This document shows, piece by piece, positions 20,192 to 30,822 of a stretch of 64,000 nt of DNA. The position numbers were made by a program, and so were the translations under genes. Positions within the stretch are counted from its first letter, which is position 1. The number at the start of each line of letters is the position of its first letter. The DNA comes from Promethearchaeota archaeon (GTDB lineage Archaea > Asgardarchaeota > Heimdallarchaeia > Hodarchaeales > Hodarchaeaceae), in contig JBHLMN010000002.1 in the NCBI GenBank assembly GCA_048938105.1, forward strand, positions 128,001 through 192,000, given 5' to 3'. The notes under the pieces were generated by a model, which saw nothing but the letters and a program-made list of their open reading frames with translations, was not told where the DNA came from and did not search any database.

Positions 20192-20707
20192 TTGCAGAAA
20201 ATAAAAGAGAAAGAAATGATGATCGACATACCAATAGTTAACCTTTCTTTTAATCCTCTTATCACTCTCCGCCGAGCTAAATTATCTGATCTTGATTTTA
20301 TAAAAGAGGTTTCTCATACAGAAATGGACAGTATTTATCCAGGGAATTGGGAAAGTTGGTTTGAAGACATAAACAAGTTTATTATTGATACTCCTAATCA
20401 TCATCATAAAATCTTTGTAATTGAATTCCAAAGGAATTCCGTGGGTTATCTTTGGTTCAATGAAGAGGTGAATTCCTTATGGATTACGGCTATTGTTCTC
20501 CATTCAAAATTTCAACGGAGAAATATTGGACAGAAGGTCATGAATTATTTAATTAATGAAAGCCGTAAGGAGGGAAAAGAATTCATTGAATTAGGAGTTC
20601 AAAATAATAATAAAAAAGCACTTCAATTCTATTACAAACTAGGTTTTGAACACTTTGACTATGTAAAGGTAGTAAATACTGACTTAATTAGGTTAAAACT
20701 TAATTAA
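20192..20707 (+). CDS. GNAT family N-acetyltransferase
   Basis: FQRRNIGQK acetyl-CoA motif, NKKALQFYYKLGF. Confidence 0.85.
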   Translation: MQKIKEKEMMIDIPIVNLSFNPLITLRRAKLSDLDFIKEVSHTEMDSIYPGNWESWFEDINKFIIDTPNHHHKIFVIEFQRNSVGYLWFNEEVNSLWITAIVLHSKFQRRNIGQKVMNYLINESRKEGKEFIELGVQNNNKKALQFYYKLGFEHFDYVKVVNTDLIRLKLN

Positions 20708-20749
20708 TTTAAATAAAACGGCCAATGAACGGTCAAGAACATAATAGGT

Positions 20750-21085
20750 TTAAAGAAGAATGTTACAAATCGTTTTATCACTAATAATATCATCGATAAT
20801 AACTGTGGGACCTGCTTCTAAGTAAATTGTCAATATAGGAAATCCCTCAGCTGTTTCTAGGTTAACCCGATCAATATTCTTGGTTTTTAGAATTTCAGTT
20901 GCCTTAAAAACCGTCTCTTCTAAGTTACTTCCCTCAATGTCAAATTGTCTATACCCTTGGTTGAAAGGAGTAGCTATAAAGAATTTATCAGATTTATATC
21001 GTGGAATGTTCTTGACAGTTGATAAAATGTTACTTAAACTATATTTTAGTAAGTCTGCTTGATCTTCAGTCCAAACTTTTGCCAT
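20750..21085 (-). CDS. Hypothetical protein
   Basis: 111-aa ORF filling the gap, ATG start with upstream GTGAG. Confidence 0.6.
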   Translation of the reverse strand: MAKVWTEDQADLLKYSLSNILSTVKNIPRYKSDKFFIATPFNQGYRQFDIEGSNLEETVFKATEILKTKNIDRVNLETAEGFPILTIYLEAGPTVIIDDIISDKTICNILL

Positions 21086-21203
21086 ACATACTCACATCGA
21101 ATATAATTTATTGAAATTAATGAAATCATTAATGGTTATTAATATAAAACTTTGCTAAGTTAGATATGATTCTAGAAAAAGAGGGAAATTAGAAAAAATA
21201 AAG

Positions 21204-22004
21204 CTACTCTAAAATCATTGGAGCACCAATAAAAGCGAAATCTTTAGAAACAATTGCAATTTCACGTCGTAGCCCATTAAGATATACTTCATTGGACCAT
21301 TTCTCTGGAAATATCTGTAATAGATTAGGGGAGATTTTCCTAATACCAGGGATGGTCTCTTCATAGATCTTATTAGATGACTCTAGAGAGATTTCATTAA
21401 CTATACTACCACCCGCAAATTCAGAAATAAGGATTCGCATAGGAGCAGTTGGCGAATCAAATTCCTCATAACTTTCCGTTGTTTTCCTTAGCATGACTAG
21501 CGGTTCCTTGAAGGGAAAAACCAGCTGAGCTAAAATAACACCTCTACCAAAAGCCCTACGGGTGTAACCAGTCGATTCCTCTTGTATTCTTAAAGTGCTA
21601 AAAGAGAATTCTTGTAAATAATCGCTCACAATCATGAAATCATATGGTGGAGGAAAAACAAAAGGTTCAGTATTAAAATGATTATCGAGCCATTTTTCCT
21701 CTGGAATAACAATACCAGTAATATATCGGGTATCTGTAGTGATTGTTTGTTTACTTACAGAGAATTTAGTCCAATAGATTCCCGCTCCATAAATTAAAAT
21801 GTATGAACTATCATCATAGATTAAACGTGAAAAATCAACAGGAATAAAAATCACACTAGCATTATTCATGGATTGAACTGTTTGATTTTTGTAAACCCAT
21901 TTTTTATTTGTCATATCAGCGAAGGAAATCCAATCAGAGATCACAATTAATGATTTTAACCGACCTAAAGGGTGTCTTGCCAAACCTACGGGTCTTTTTC
22001 TCAT
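21204..22004 (-). CDS. Hypothetical protein
   Basis: 266-aa ORF, GAGG upstream of the ATG. Confidence 0.65.
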   Translation of the reverse strand: MRKRPVGLARHPLGRLKSLIVISDWISFADMTNKKWVYKNQTVQSMNNASVIFIPVDFSRLIYDDSSYILIYGAGIYWTKFSVSKQTITTDTRYITGIVIPEEKWLDNHFNTEPFVFPPPYDFMIVSDYLQEFSFSTLRIQEESTGYTRRAFGRGVILAQLVFPFKEPLVMLRKTTESYEEFDSPTAPMRILISEFAGGSIVNEISLESSNKIYEETIPGIRKISPNLLQIFPEKWSNEVYLNGLRREIAIVSKDFAFIGAPMILE

Positions 22005-22211
22005 TTAGCCAAACCTCTTGTGCATCAAACCTATACAAATTTCTCTGGTTAAATACCTTAGCGTTATTAGTTTATAATTCTGAGTATTCAACTATTTCAT
22101 AGATTTTCTATAAATGAGTCCTCATGACTTTACTCATGAAATATTACCCGATACTTTTACTGAAAAAAAAGGTGGAAATAGAAAACTTTAGAGAGGTTAA
22201 ATTGTACTCTT

Positions 22212-22667
22212 TCAAACACCTTGGATGATTGGTAATTTAAACAACTGTGTCGTAATGATATTAAACACGTATATGAGGAAGAGTGTAATAACGCCTATCC
22301 AGATACTAGCATTCCACTTTTCTATTTCGCCTCGTTCGGGAATCAAGACGTATTTAATCAGAAATACGATGGCTAGGTAAACTAGGACTGGAATTAATTG
22401 AGCTGCAGCTCCTGAGAAAATATTGGTAAGATCCAACTGTCCCATAGCACCAATAACTGCTCCTATTACTATTGCTACAAGCAATACAATCACTACAGCA
22501 ACTAATAATAACCGAAGAATATATCCAGTTTCGGTTTCTTTTTTACCTGCAATCAGTCTAGTACCAATATATAGGATAATAGCCACTAGGATAATTGCAA
22601 CAATCAATAGAACAAGAGTTGTTAATTCATTTAATTGTGCCTGTTGTTGAAAAATCATGAATATCAC
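22212..22667 (-). CDS. Four-TM membrane protein
   Basis: Four long hydrophobic segments. Confidence 0.7.
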   Translation of the reverse strand: MIFMIFQQQAQLNELTTLVLLIVAIILVAIILYIGTRLIAGKKETETGYILRLLLVAVVIVLLVAIVIGAVIGAMGQLDLTNIFSGAAAQLIPVLVYLAIVFLIKYVLIPERGEIEKWNASIWIGVITLFLIYVFNIITTQLFKLPIIQGV

Positions 22668-22760
22668 CTTATATCATTCAAACAAGAAAATAGAGTAATT
22701 AAATAACACTTTTTATATTACTGATAAAAATTTCATTGTTCCCTATAAGCATGACTAGAA

Positions 22761-23960
22761 TTAAGTCGAATTATGGATTTTCTTCGTCAAGTGGAATGCT
22801 TTCTCTAAAAGTGATACAAAGCCTGTAGCTGAACATTTTTGAGCGGTTTCAAATGCTTTATCAGCATATTCAGAAACAATTTCCGGGTTTTCCAATAATT
22901 TCTTAATAGCTTGAGCCAAGGCGTCTGAATCTCCAGGAGGAACGAGAATGCCATTCTCATCATCTTTAATGTAATCCAAAACTCCTCCTCTAGCGACTCC
23001 TATCACTGGAAGTCGTTGACTCATTGCTTCAATCACTGTAAGACCTTGGGTTTCAGTATCACTTGGAGTAACCATAAATTCTCCCATTCTATATATGTAT
23101 GGCAATTTTGTATGACTAATGAACCCAGTAAAAGCACAATTCCTTAGATTAAGACTTGAAGCTTGTTTTGAATACATCTTAAGATCTGGCCCATCTCCTA
23201 CAATCAATAGAAATGCATCAGAATATAGCTTTTCAACCTGTTTAAAGGCTTTTAACATTACCTCTATTTTTTTTTCGTATGAAATCCTTCCACAGTAAAG
23301 AATAATTCGATTGTTTGGTTTAATTCCAAACTTTTCATTCATTTGAGTTTGGAATTTCTCTTCCTCTAGTGTGTTTCGATTAATCTTGAAAAAAACGCTT
23401 GAAATCATGTTTGGTAATGCATATACAGGAGGTCGAACTCCATTGGATTTCAAGGCTTGTTGAAGCGTCTTTGAAGGAGTGATTACTACATCTGAATATT
23501 TGTAAAACCATCGGATATAAATCCAAGCAAAACGTCGAAACCAAGGGGTGAATTTTTCTGCTTGAAATCCGCCAATCATATGTCCTGAGTACTCAACCAA
23601 GTCCGTATGATAAGTATTTAACAACGGGAGGTCATAAAATACACGAGCGGTTAAAACGGCCCCATATCCTAAGGAAAAAGGACTATGGCAATGAATAAAA
23701 TCAAGCTTTTCTCTTCTAATAGCTTTGGTAAATAATAAAGTTGGAAAGGCAAGACTATATCCAGGGTACGCAGGGAATGGAAAACTTTTCAATTCATAGA
23801 TTGGGATACCATCTATCTTAAAGGGTTTGGTCTGTTTCAGTTTTGGTACAAAAACAATGAAATCATGCTTGTTGCGCAAGCTTTGAATTTCGTTTATAAT
23901 ACTGATGACGACACCGTTGAGATTTGGAACCCAGCTGTCAGAAAAAATACCAATTCTCAC
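22761..23960 (-). CDS. GT4 glycosyltransferase, monoglycosyl-lipid synthase (MGS/LafA)-like
   Basis: MRIGIFSDSW.PNLNGV..SI, HCHSPFSLG, TYHTD, GRISYEK and ETQGLTVIEAM motifs. Confidence 0.85.
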   Translation of the reverse strand: MRIGIFSDSWVPNLNGVVISIINEIQSLRNKHDFIVFVPKLKQTKPFKIDGIPIYELKSFPFPAYPGYSLAFPTLLFTKAIRREKLDFIHCHSPFSLGYGAVLTARVFYDLPLLNTYHTDLVEYSGHMIGGFQAEKFTPWFRRFAWIYIRWFYKYSDVVITPSKTLQQALKSNGVRPPVYALPNMISSVFFKINRNTLEEEKFQTQMNEKFGIKPNNRIILYCGRISYEKKIEVMLKAFKQVEKLYSDAFLLIVGDGPDLKMYSKQASSLNLRNCAFTGFISHTKLPYIYRMGEFMVTPSDTETQGLTVIEAMSQRLPVIGVARGGVLDYIKDDENGILVPPGDSDALAQAIKKLLENPEIVSEYADKAFETAQKCSATGFVSLLEKAFHLTKKIHNST

Positions 23961-24075
23961 GATATCAGACCCAAGTTAAGCTATTTTTGAGGCAAAATAC
24001 AAACTAGTTGCTTTATTACAAAATAAAAGAGGATGACAAAAGTCTTATGGTAATGTTCTAGATCAGAATGTTTCC

Positions 24076-24972
24076 TTATAAATGAAGATATTTGATTATA
24101 TCACCTGATATAGCTATCTTTTCAAGCTCCTGTATTAACTTTTCAGGGATCTCATCGGATTTAGGGGAGCAAGCAGCAGCCATCCTATGACCCCCTCCTC
24201 CAAAAGCTTTCGCAACAGTGGAAACATCATAATTCGGCTGTTCAGCTTTTGAAACCCTAAAACTAACTCGAACAGGTTCTTGGGTTGATTTTGAATAAAT
24301 TAAAGCTATAACGGCAACTTTTCGCTTAAAAAGTGGTTGAAACACTTCTTTTGATAGTTTACTGTGAAGAACTTGACGAGTGTCCAAAATCAAGATGCGG
24401 GGTAACGTTGGAAAATTTTCAAGAAAATTCCTAATTTTGTTGTGAGTCTCATAATATGTGGATTGAACTCTATTATAATTCTCTTGAAGCCATTGAGTAG
24501 TAAGGATTTGCTTTCCATACTCCGATAATAACTCGCTGATTTTACGTAGAATATCTAGATTGTCACTATTCATACTCAAAACAATATCTAACTTATGGTA
24601 TTCAGCAGGTAATTGAGCGATATCTGCAAGATGTCCAAGCTGTTTAATTTCCGCCGCAATTGGATCACTATTAAACTGTAATAATGTATAAACTAGATCA
24701 GTTGCGGAAGCTGCATTGGGATCCACTATATCTTCTTTTGATAAGCGGTTTGTCTCTATTAAATTTTCGTAGTTTGACTTGTGATGGTCGATATTGATGG
24801 ATGTCCCGATTTTTGGTAAATCACAGGTATAATCAACGGAAAAATTACGATTAGATAACTCTTTAGCCTTTTTTACTGTAGCAAATGTTATTTCAATCTC
24901 AGATCCAAATTTACGAAGAAATAGAGCAGCACAACAGATGCCATCGAAATCTGTGTGAGTTACAATTCTCAC
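24076..24972 (-). CDS. DHH/DHHA1 family phosphoesterase
   Basis: HTDFDG, CDLP, IDHH and GGGGH..AA motifs; GTG start overlaps the upstream stop codon (GTGA). Confidence 0.88.
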   Translation of the reverse strand: MRIVTHTDFDGICCAALFLRKFGSEIEITFATVKKAKELSNRNFSVDYTCDLPKIGTSINIDHHKSNYENLIETNRLSKEDIVDPNAASATDLVYTLLQFNSDPIAAEIKQLGHLADIAQLPAEYHKLDIVLSMNSDNLDILRKISELLSEYGKQILTTQWLQENYNRVQSTYYETHNKIRNFLENFPTLPRILILDTRQVLHSKLSKEVFQPLFKRKVAVIALIYSKSTQEPVRVSFRVSKAEQPNYDVSTVAKAFGGGGHRMAAACSPKSDEIPEKLIQELEKIAISGDIIKYLHL

Positions 24973-27689
24973 AGTTCCTTCCCACATTTGAAGCAATATT
25001 TTGATTCATTGGAATACCGTTTAGTCCCACACTGAGCACAAGTTTCAAGAGTTTCTAATCCTATATGTTGAGAGTCACTTTTTTGTCTTTTTAGTTCAAG
25101 AGCTACCCTTTGTTCAATGGGTGATCTTCTTTGAGGTTGTCGTGAGGCTAATAGGTAATATACTATGCCTAAGAGAATAAAACCACCAATGATAAATAAA
25201 AAAAATAAGTTCTGGGAAGAAGTATCCGAAACATCTAACACAAAAACACCATTGGTTGGAGCTTTCCCTGGAACTCTCAAGTTAAACCAAATTATGGCCT
25301 GACCAGCAGCCAACGGCTTCCAAGAAGCAACATAGATATTCGCTGATTTTTTAAACATAATTTGAGTGAAGGATCCATTAGCTTCCATAATAGTGCCATT
25401 AAAATGAGATTCCGTAAAAGCTGGGTCATCAATAGTTATCTGAATCGTGGTTGATCCTCCTGTTGAGGGAGAAGAAGTGAGAATAATGTCCAATGAGACC
25501 TGTTGATCTTGAATCATCCAACGAAAAATCCGTGAAATTACTTCCAAATTATCTCTTTCTAGATTAAGAATTCCTAGATCATCAAAAGGAAATATACCAC
25601 CAAAAACTACAACTTTTCCTTTGGAATCTGGATCTTCCCAATATCCAGCTATTGGATATTCCTGACTAGTATTATTCTTGGTCGCTGTGGCAAGAATATG
25701 TCCTCCTTTTTCAGGTGATATTTTAATAGAAGTGCCAATATAGTCAAAGCTCCAATCTTTTTCCTCAAATATTGGGTCAGAAATACTCGTCGTAGCCCAT
25801 AAAAACCGAGAAAGGTTTGTAGAATCATTCTCAATTCTTAATCCATATGTTTCTATTAGTTTGTTTATTGCGGTTTGATTTGATAGAATCTCAGTTCCTT
25901 GATATTTTTGGGAAGGATATGAAAGAACTAGAAGTGAATGTCCCTCTGAAATCCATTCTTGGATGAGGGTGATTTCTTGATCTGTTATTCCAAACTCAAT
26001 ATCAGCTAACACGAGTATATGCTGGTTCTTTAAATCTTGTCGTGTTATCCTGCCAGAAATATTTTCAGTTGCGATTAATGGGCCTATAGTTTCAATTAGA
26101 CTATTAGGACGGATGGCACCTTTTGTATTCATCCCATAATACCATTCTAAGAAGTATTGCAGTTGGTTGAATCTTCCTGTCGGTCCGTCAGGAATGAAAG
26201 AATCATTGTCGTACCCTTGATAGAATAGGATATTACCACTTGGATACCTGTTCTCGATTGTAAGTGAAAGATTGGAAGAATAGATTTTTTTTCCATTTGA
26301 AAACTGAAAAGTTATAATTCCCTCTCGTCTTGCCATACTCAAGTCTTCAGGTATTGTTAATGATAAATCAATATAATTCAATCCTGTGGTAATATTTCGG
26401 GGGAGATCTCCCACAGATATATCAAATGGAAATTTGCTGTTGTTTACACTGGGAAATGTTTGATTCATAGTGATTTCAGTCAAATTACTATCAATCGTCG
26501 AATAGAGGCTAATACGGTAAGTACGATTCACTCCATTTACAGCATGGCCAAAATAGAGAAAATCAGATGATAACCCTCGTGGAGCAAAAGTGAATAGTGG
26601 ATTTGGATTACTGGCGTTGATGTAAATTGTGTTTAACAGCTTATAAGCTTTAGAAATATCTAAAAAGCCATTTCCTTGGCGTATTGGAGAAGTTGAATTC
26701 ATAAAAAGGGCTGTTTCAAGCAAAGCTGCCTTCAAAGCTGTAGGAGATGCTTTTGGAAAAGCTTCTTTCAAAAGGGCAAGAGCTCCAGTGACGAATGGAG
26801 CAGCAAAAGATGTACCAGTTTTATTACAAAGTTGCCCTTTATGGTCATAACCAATGATTTCTACCCCTGGTGCTACTATATCTGGCCCCATAGCTCCTGA
26901 GGGTCGTGGGCCATTGGAAGAACTGAAGTGTATGGTTGTTTGATTGTAAGCCATTCCAACTGCTATTGTTTCAGAGAAAATCGCGGGAGATGACATACTA
27001 GCAGAGTAAGGCCCCATATTTCCTGCAGAAATAACGGTAGTTATGTTAAAATCACTTAAATTAGTGATTAGTGATGAATTCAAAGCTTCAAGTTGGGTTG
27101 TACCAAGTGAAGCGTGAATTATAGATGCATTATTAATAAGAGCTAGTTTAAAGCCTTCTTCAATCCATTCTGATTTTGTAAATTCCGAATCACTGACTTT
27201 AATACTTATTAGAGTAGCATTTGGAGCAATTTTAGAAATAATTGATCCTACAAACGTTCCATGACCATTATCATCATTAACTTGTGTGGAATTAGAAATA
27301 GCTGTGAATTTGGTAATATCATTTGTAATCCAGCCAACCTCGTTAATTCCTGAATCTAAAATAGCAATAGTGACGTTCTCACCAGTAAGTTCTTTATCAA
27401 TTATTGTTTGAGGATTGACAAGGTCATAAATTGCTTGGAAAGCTTCATTTGTATCGTTAATTCTTTGAATTTTGGGAGAGAATTTATTTCTTGAACCTGA
27501 AAATTGGTTTGGATCAAATACATCAGGAAGGATGGAATTGAATCTTCTAGGGGAGAAGGAGGTGTCGATAACTGGCTGTGATCGAAAAATAAATGTTGAG
27601 TAGAAATTGTTGCTGCTTAAAAAAATCAAATGAAGAATAAAAAAAATAACAAAACCATTTCTTCTGAATGTTTGCAAAATACGCATCAA
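24969..27689 (-). CDS. Membrane-anchored S8 subtilase with GIFT/DUF4350-like domain and cytoplasmic zinc ribbon (site-1-protease-like)
   Basis: DSG/HGT/GTSFA triad, AGN; ILVLADIEFGITDQEITLIQEWISEGHSLLVL domain; TM helix; C-terminal CAQC..CFKCG. Confidence 0.85.
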   Translation of the reverse strand: MMRILQTFRRNGFVIFFILHLIFLSSNNFYSTFIFRSQPVIDTSFSPRRFNSILPDVFDPNQFSGSRNKFSPKIQRINDTNEAFQAIYDLVNPQTIIDKELTGENVTIAILDSGINEVGWITNDITKFTAISNSTQVNDDNGHGTFVGSIISKIAPNATLISIKVSDSEFTKSEWIEEGFKLALINNASIIHASLGTTQLEALNSSLITNLSDFNITTVISAGNMGPYSASMSSPAIFSETIAVGMAYNQTTIHFSSSNGPRPSGAMGPDIVAPGVEIIGYDHKGQLCNKTGTSFAAPFVTGALALLKEAFPKASPTALKAALLETALFMNSTSPIRQGNGFLDISKAYKLLNTIYINASNPNPLFTFAPRGLSSDFLYFGHAVNGVNRTYRISLYSTIDSNLTEITMNQTFPSVNNSKFPFDISVGDLPRNITTGLNYIDLSLTIPEDLSMARREGIITFQFSNGKKIYSSNLSLTIENRYPSGNILFYQGYDNDSFIPDGPTGRFNQLQYFLEWYYGMNTKGAIRPNSLIETIGPLIATENISGRITRQDLKNQHILVLADIEFGITDQEITLIQEWISEGHSLLVLSYPSQKYQGTEILSNQTAINKLIETYGLRIENDSTNLSRFLWATTSISDPIFEEKDWSFDYIGTSIKISPEKGGHILATATKNNTSQEYPIAGYWEDPDSKGKVVVFGGIFPFDDLGILNLERDNLEVISRIFRWMIQDQQVSLDIILTSSPSTGGSTTIQITIDDPAFTESHFNGTIMEANGSFTQIMFKKSANIYVASWKPLAAGQAIIWFNLRVPGKAPTNGVFVLDVSDTSSQNLFFLFIIGGFILLGIVYYLLASRQPQRRSPIEQRVALELKRQKSDSQHIGLETLETCAQCGTKRYSNESKYCFKCGKEL

Positions 27690-27719
27690 ATTTTCATCCG
27701 TTTTCCAGCTATAAAGGAT

Positions 27720-28514
27720 TTATCTTAATAGTGTAAATATATTGGCAATTGAATCTATTTCTGTTGTTGGTAAAATTGCTTTTTTCAAGTGATTATCGGA
27801 AATCCCTGTTCTCACTAATATTGTATCAATCCCAGCGTTATTTCCTGCTAAAATGTCAGTAGATAGACGATCACCAATGTAAACTGCCTCTAAGGGGTCA
27901 TCACACCCCATTTCATCTAGAGTTAAGTCGATTAAGAAGCGATTAGGCTTACCAATTATTATATCGGGTTCTCTTCCACAAGCATTTGCAAGTGCTGCAA
28001 TTCCAGCCCCAGCTCCAGGAACCATCTTATCTTCTAGCGGATAGCTATTATCAGGGTTTGTTCCAACAAAAAAACCAGTGTCTTTCAGAATAACCTGCAT
28101 AGCATCGGCTAGTTTTTGCCAGGTCAAGTGACGATCCCATCCGATACATACACCTTGAAGTTGAGGTTCATACTTCTCTGTGACATAGATATTCTGAAGT
28201 TCTAGTTCCTCTCGTAATCCTTTTTCGCCAATCATAAAGACTCGATTATATTTTTTCTTTCTCAAATATATTGCAGTTCCATAAGCAGAATTTATGACCG
28301 TGTATTTATCAGGGATAATTCCAAACGACTCAAATTTATGTTTAAATCCTTGTCGAGACAAGCTGGAGTTATTAGTTACAAACCCTAACTTATAGCCCAT
28401 CTGTTCTAGTGTCTCTAAAGCTATTTTGGCTCCCTCAATTATTTGTTCACCTTTCCAAACCACACCATCGCAATCCATAAGTATATATCGCTTATTTCTC
28501 AGTATTATCCCCAA
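27720..28514 (-). CDS. HAD-IIA family hydrolase (NagD/phosphoglycolate phosphatase-like)
   Basis: DCDGV, TNNS, TNPD, GKP and IGDRLSTDI motifs. Confidence 0.92.
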   Translation of the reverse strand: MGIILRNKRYILMDCDGVVWKGEQIIEGAKIALETLEQMGYKLGFVTNNSSLSRQGFKHKFESFGIIPDKYTVINSAYGTAIYLRKKKYNRVFMIGEKGLREELELQNIYVTEKYEPQLQGVCIGWDRHLTWQKLADAMQVILKDTGFFVGTNPDNSYPLEDKMVPGAGAGIAALANACGREPDIIIGKPNRFLIDLTLDEMGCDDPLEAVYIGDRLSTDILAGNNAGIDTILVRTGISDNHLKKAILPTTEIDSIANIFTLLR

Positions 28515-28592
28515 TTTCTTTCAAATCCTCAAAATAGATATTGATGTATAATCATTTTTCTAGAGTCATTTGTTTTTTTTTGGGATTTTATA

Positions 28593-30008
28593 TTAGAGAA
28601 ATTGAGTGAAGAAGGATCTTGACTGTAATTTGTCTTTCAAGTCTTTATGATCTCCTAAGAGCTTATTAAGGAATGAGTTGGCCTTTTCGGGTTGACTAAG
28701 TAGTAACCATGAGTTGAGTAATAGTTCTAAATCATCCAATCGATTTTTGGGATCCTTTATGACAATTGGTTTGAGTAGTTCAATCACTTTCTTAAAATTT
28801 CTCAAATCATAAGCCAGTTTAGCTGCTAGCCGATTTCCAGGAATATTGTTAGGATCAGCAGTAGCCACGTCATCTGCTAGAGCGAAAGCTGATATAAAAT
28901 CCTTTTCTTGTATTGCTAGAAGAGCTAATTGTAATTTACTCTCATGGAATTCAGGATCCAATTCTAAAGTCCTTTTGAAGCTCTCTTTGGCTAAGTGAGT
29001 ATCTTTTAATTTTAGCAGAGTGAGGCCCAAATAGAAAGGGACAACAGGATTATATTTATCAAGCCGCGTAGCATCCTCTAATGCGCGTTTTGCGCGGTCA
29101 GGACGGTTTAGTTCTAAAAATAATTCCGAAAGTAGTAATAAGATCTCTGTAGTAGTTTTACCATATTTTTTTGCCTGATAAAGAGCCTCTATTGCTTCCT
29201 TTTTCCGATCTAAATTTTTTAGGACTCGTGCCATATTTATAAAAAGGTTTTGAGGTGGTTTTTCAGGACGAAATAAAGGTATGGCTTTTTGATATGCATC
29301 TAAGGCCTTTTGCCATTCTTTATTAGCATGATATGCAACTCCTAGTCCATATTGAACATTTGGGAACGTAGGAAAACGAGAAAACAATTCTTCATAAATT
29401 AGAATGGCTTTTTCAAAGTCTTTCTTATCTAGCAAGGTTTGAGCTAAGAGAAGCCCTGGATCAGGATGATTAGCAGAATGAATAGCTTTTTTAAGAACTC
29501 GTTCTGCTTTTTGATCCTCATTTTGGCTACTCCAGATAAAAGCTAGTTCAATAGGGATTTGATGTGAATTAGGGAATTTTTTATGAGTTGCTTCAAGAAC
29601 TTTGATCGCTTTCTTAAGATCATCTTGTTTTCGGAGAGTTCGACTAAGTAAAATTGGAATTTCAAGATCATTTTTGTCTAAATGCATAGCTTCTTCAAAG
29701 CTTTTTTTCGCTTTGTGGTAGTGTCCCAATCGAAATTCCGTTAAACCTTTTTTAATCCATATTTCAGCATTCTTCTTTTCTAAACTGACTGCTTCAGTGA
29801 AAGCTTTTTGTGCTTCCGAATAAAGTTTGAGTTTGGTTAATGTAATACCATAATTTGCCCATACTTTTGCATTTTGCTGTATTTTTTCGTCAGTTAACGC
29901 TGCTTCGAACTTCCTACGAGCTTTTGACCATTTTTTTCTGTTTAATGCAAAGATTGCAGATCTTATCAGTTTTTTAGGATCTTTCGTTTCCTTAATTCGT
30001 GGAGTCAC
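28593..30008 (-). CDS. Tetratricopeptide repeat protein
   Basis: Many canonical TPRs (VWANYGITL..L..Y.EA..AF..A..L). Confidence 0.9.
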   Translation of the reverse strand: MTPRIKETKDPKKLIRSAIFALNRKKWSKARRKFEAALTDEKIQQNAKVWANYGITLTKLKLYSEAQKAFTEAVSLEKKNAEIWIKKGLTEFRLGHYHKAKKSFEEAMHLDKNDLEIPILLSRTLRKQDDLKKAIKVLEATHKKFPNSHQIPIELAFIWSSQNEDQKAERVLKKAIHSANHPDPGLLLAQTLLDKKDFEKAILIYEELFSRFPTFPNVQYGLGVAYHANKEWQKALDAYQKAIPLFRPEKPPQNLFINMARVLKNLDRKKEAIEALYQAKKYGKTTTEILLLLSELFLELNRPDRAKRALEDATRLDKYNPVVPFYLGLTLLKLKDTHLAKESFKRTLELDPEFHESKLQLALLAIQEKDFISAFALADDVATADPNNIPGNRLAAKLAYDLRNFKKVIELLKPIVIKDPKNRLDDLELLLNSWLLLSQPEKANSFLNKLLGDHKDLKDKLQSRSFFTQFL

Positions 30009-30822
30009 TTCAGTTCCTTCGAGCTTTTCAGCCTCAAAAATGCATAAAAAATCGTTCGAAAAAAAAGAGTATTCATATAGGGGGAGGAGATGTTTTAAGA
30101 ATAAATTTTAGAGTCTATATATATTGTTTCCTCTTATTTTTATCATTTCTGGTGTTTCTAGGTTGATTATTGAATTAAGTCGGATTTAAATCTAATTTTA
30201 GTTTGATACAATATAAACGTATCAACTTGATTTTTTAGGGGTGATTATATGTGAAAAGAAATACAAACCGAGAAGAAGAAAACTAATGGCTTGAAAGTAA
30301 AGAGAAAAAGTGACAAAAACAAACGCTAAAGACGGTAATCTATCTAAATCAAACAAAAAAACCATGAGAAAAAATAAAATACATATTGATAAGGAAACAA
30401 TGCACCCCTTGGTATTAAAATGTGTAAAAGAGCCTCTTTTGTAAATAAAAGAAGAAGATCGTTGGCGTTGGTATTAATGTTCAATTTACTTAATCTATAA
30501 TTGAGGCTTATTATAATATAAAGATTATTTTTTACTCATAATTTGCTTTAGCAGTGGATCTTACCAACTGATCTATTCTCAAGGTATCTAAGGAATAACC
30601 TTAAATCGAGTTTTCTCCAAGCGTGTTTGATATGGAGACTAAATCATTGTTATCATATGAACATACATTAGAATTGCCAACTTCAGTCGCTTTTTATAAT
30701 CGTCCTTTATGGACATAAAATAGCGAACGCTAAAGATGAATAGATTACATAATAGTTTAATAAATATTGAATGTCACGAATGATAACAGAAAGTCGTTTA
30801 TAATCAATAGAAGGTAATAATT

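Noticed and set aside
30009-30822. 800-bp gap as ncRNA or pseudogene
   Set aside because: Only short broken ORFs and no convincing structure or motif
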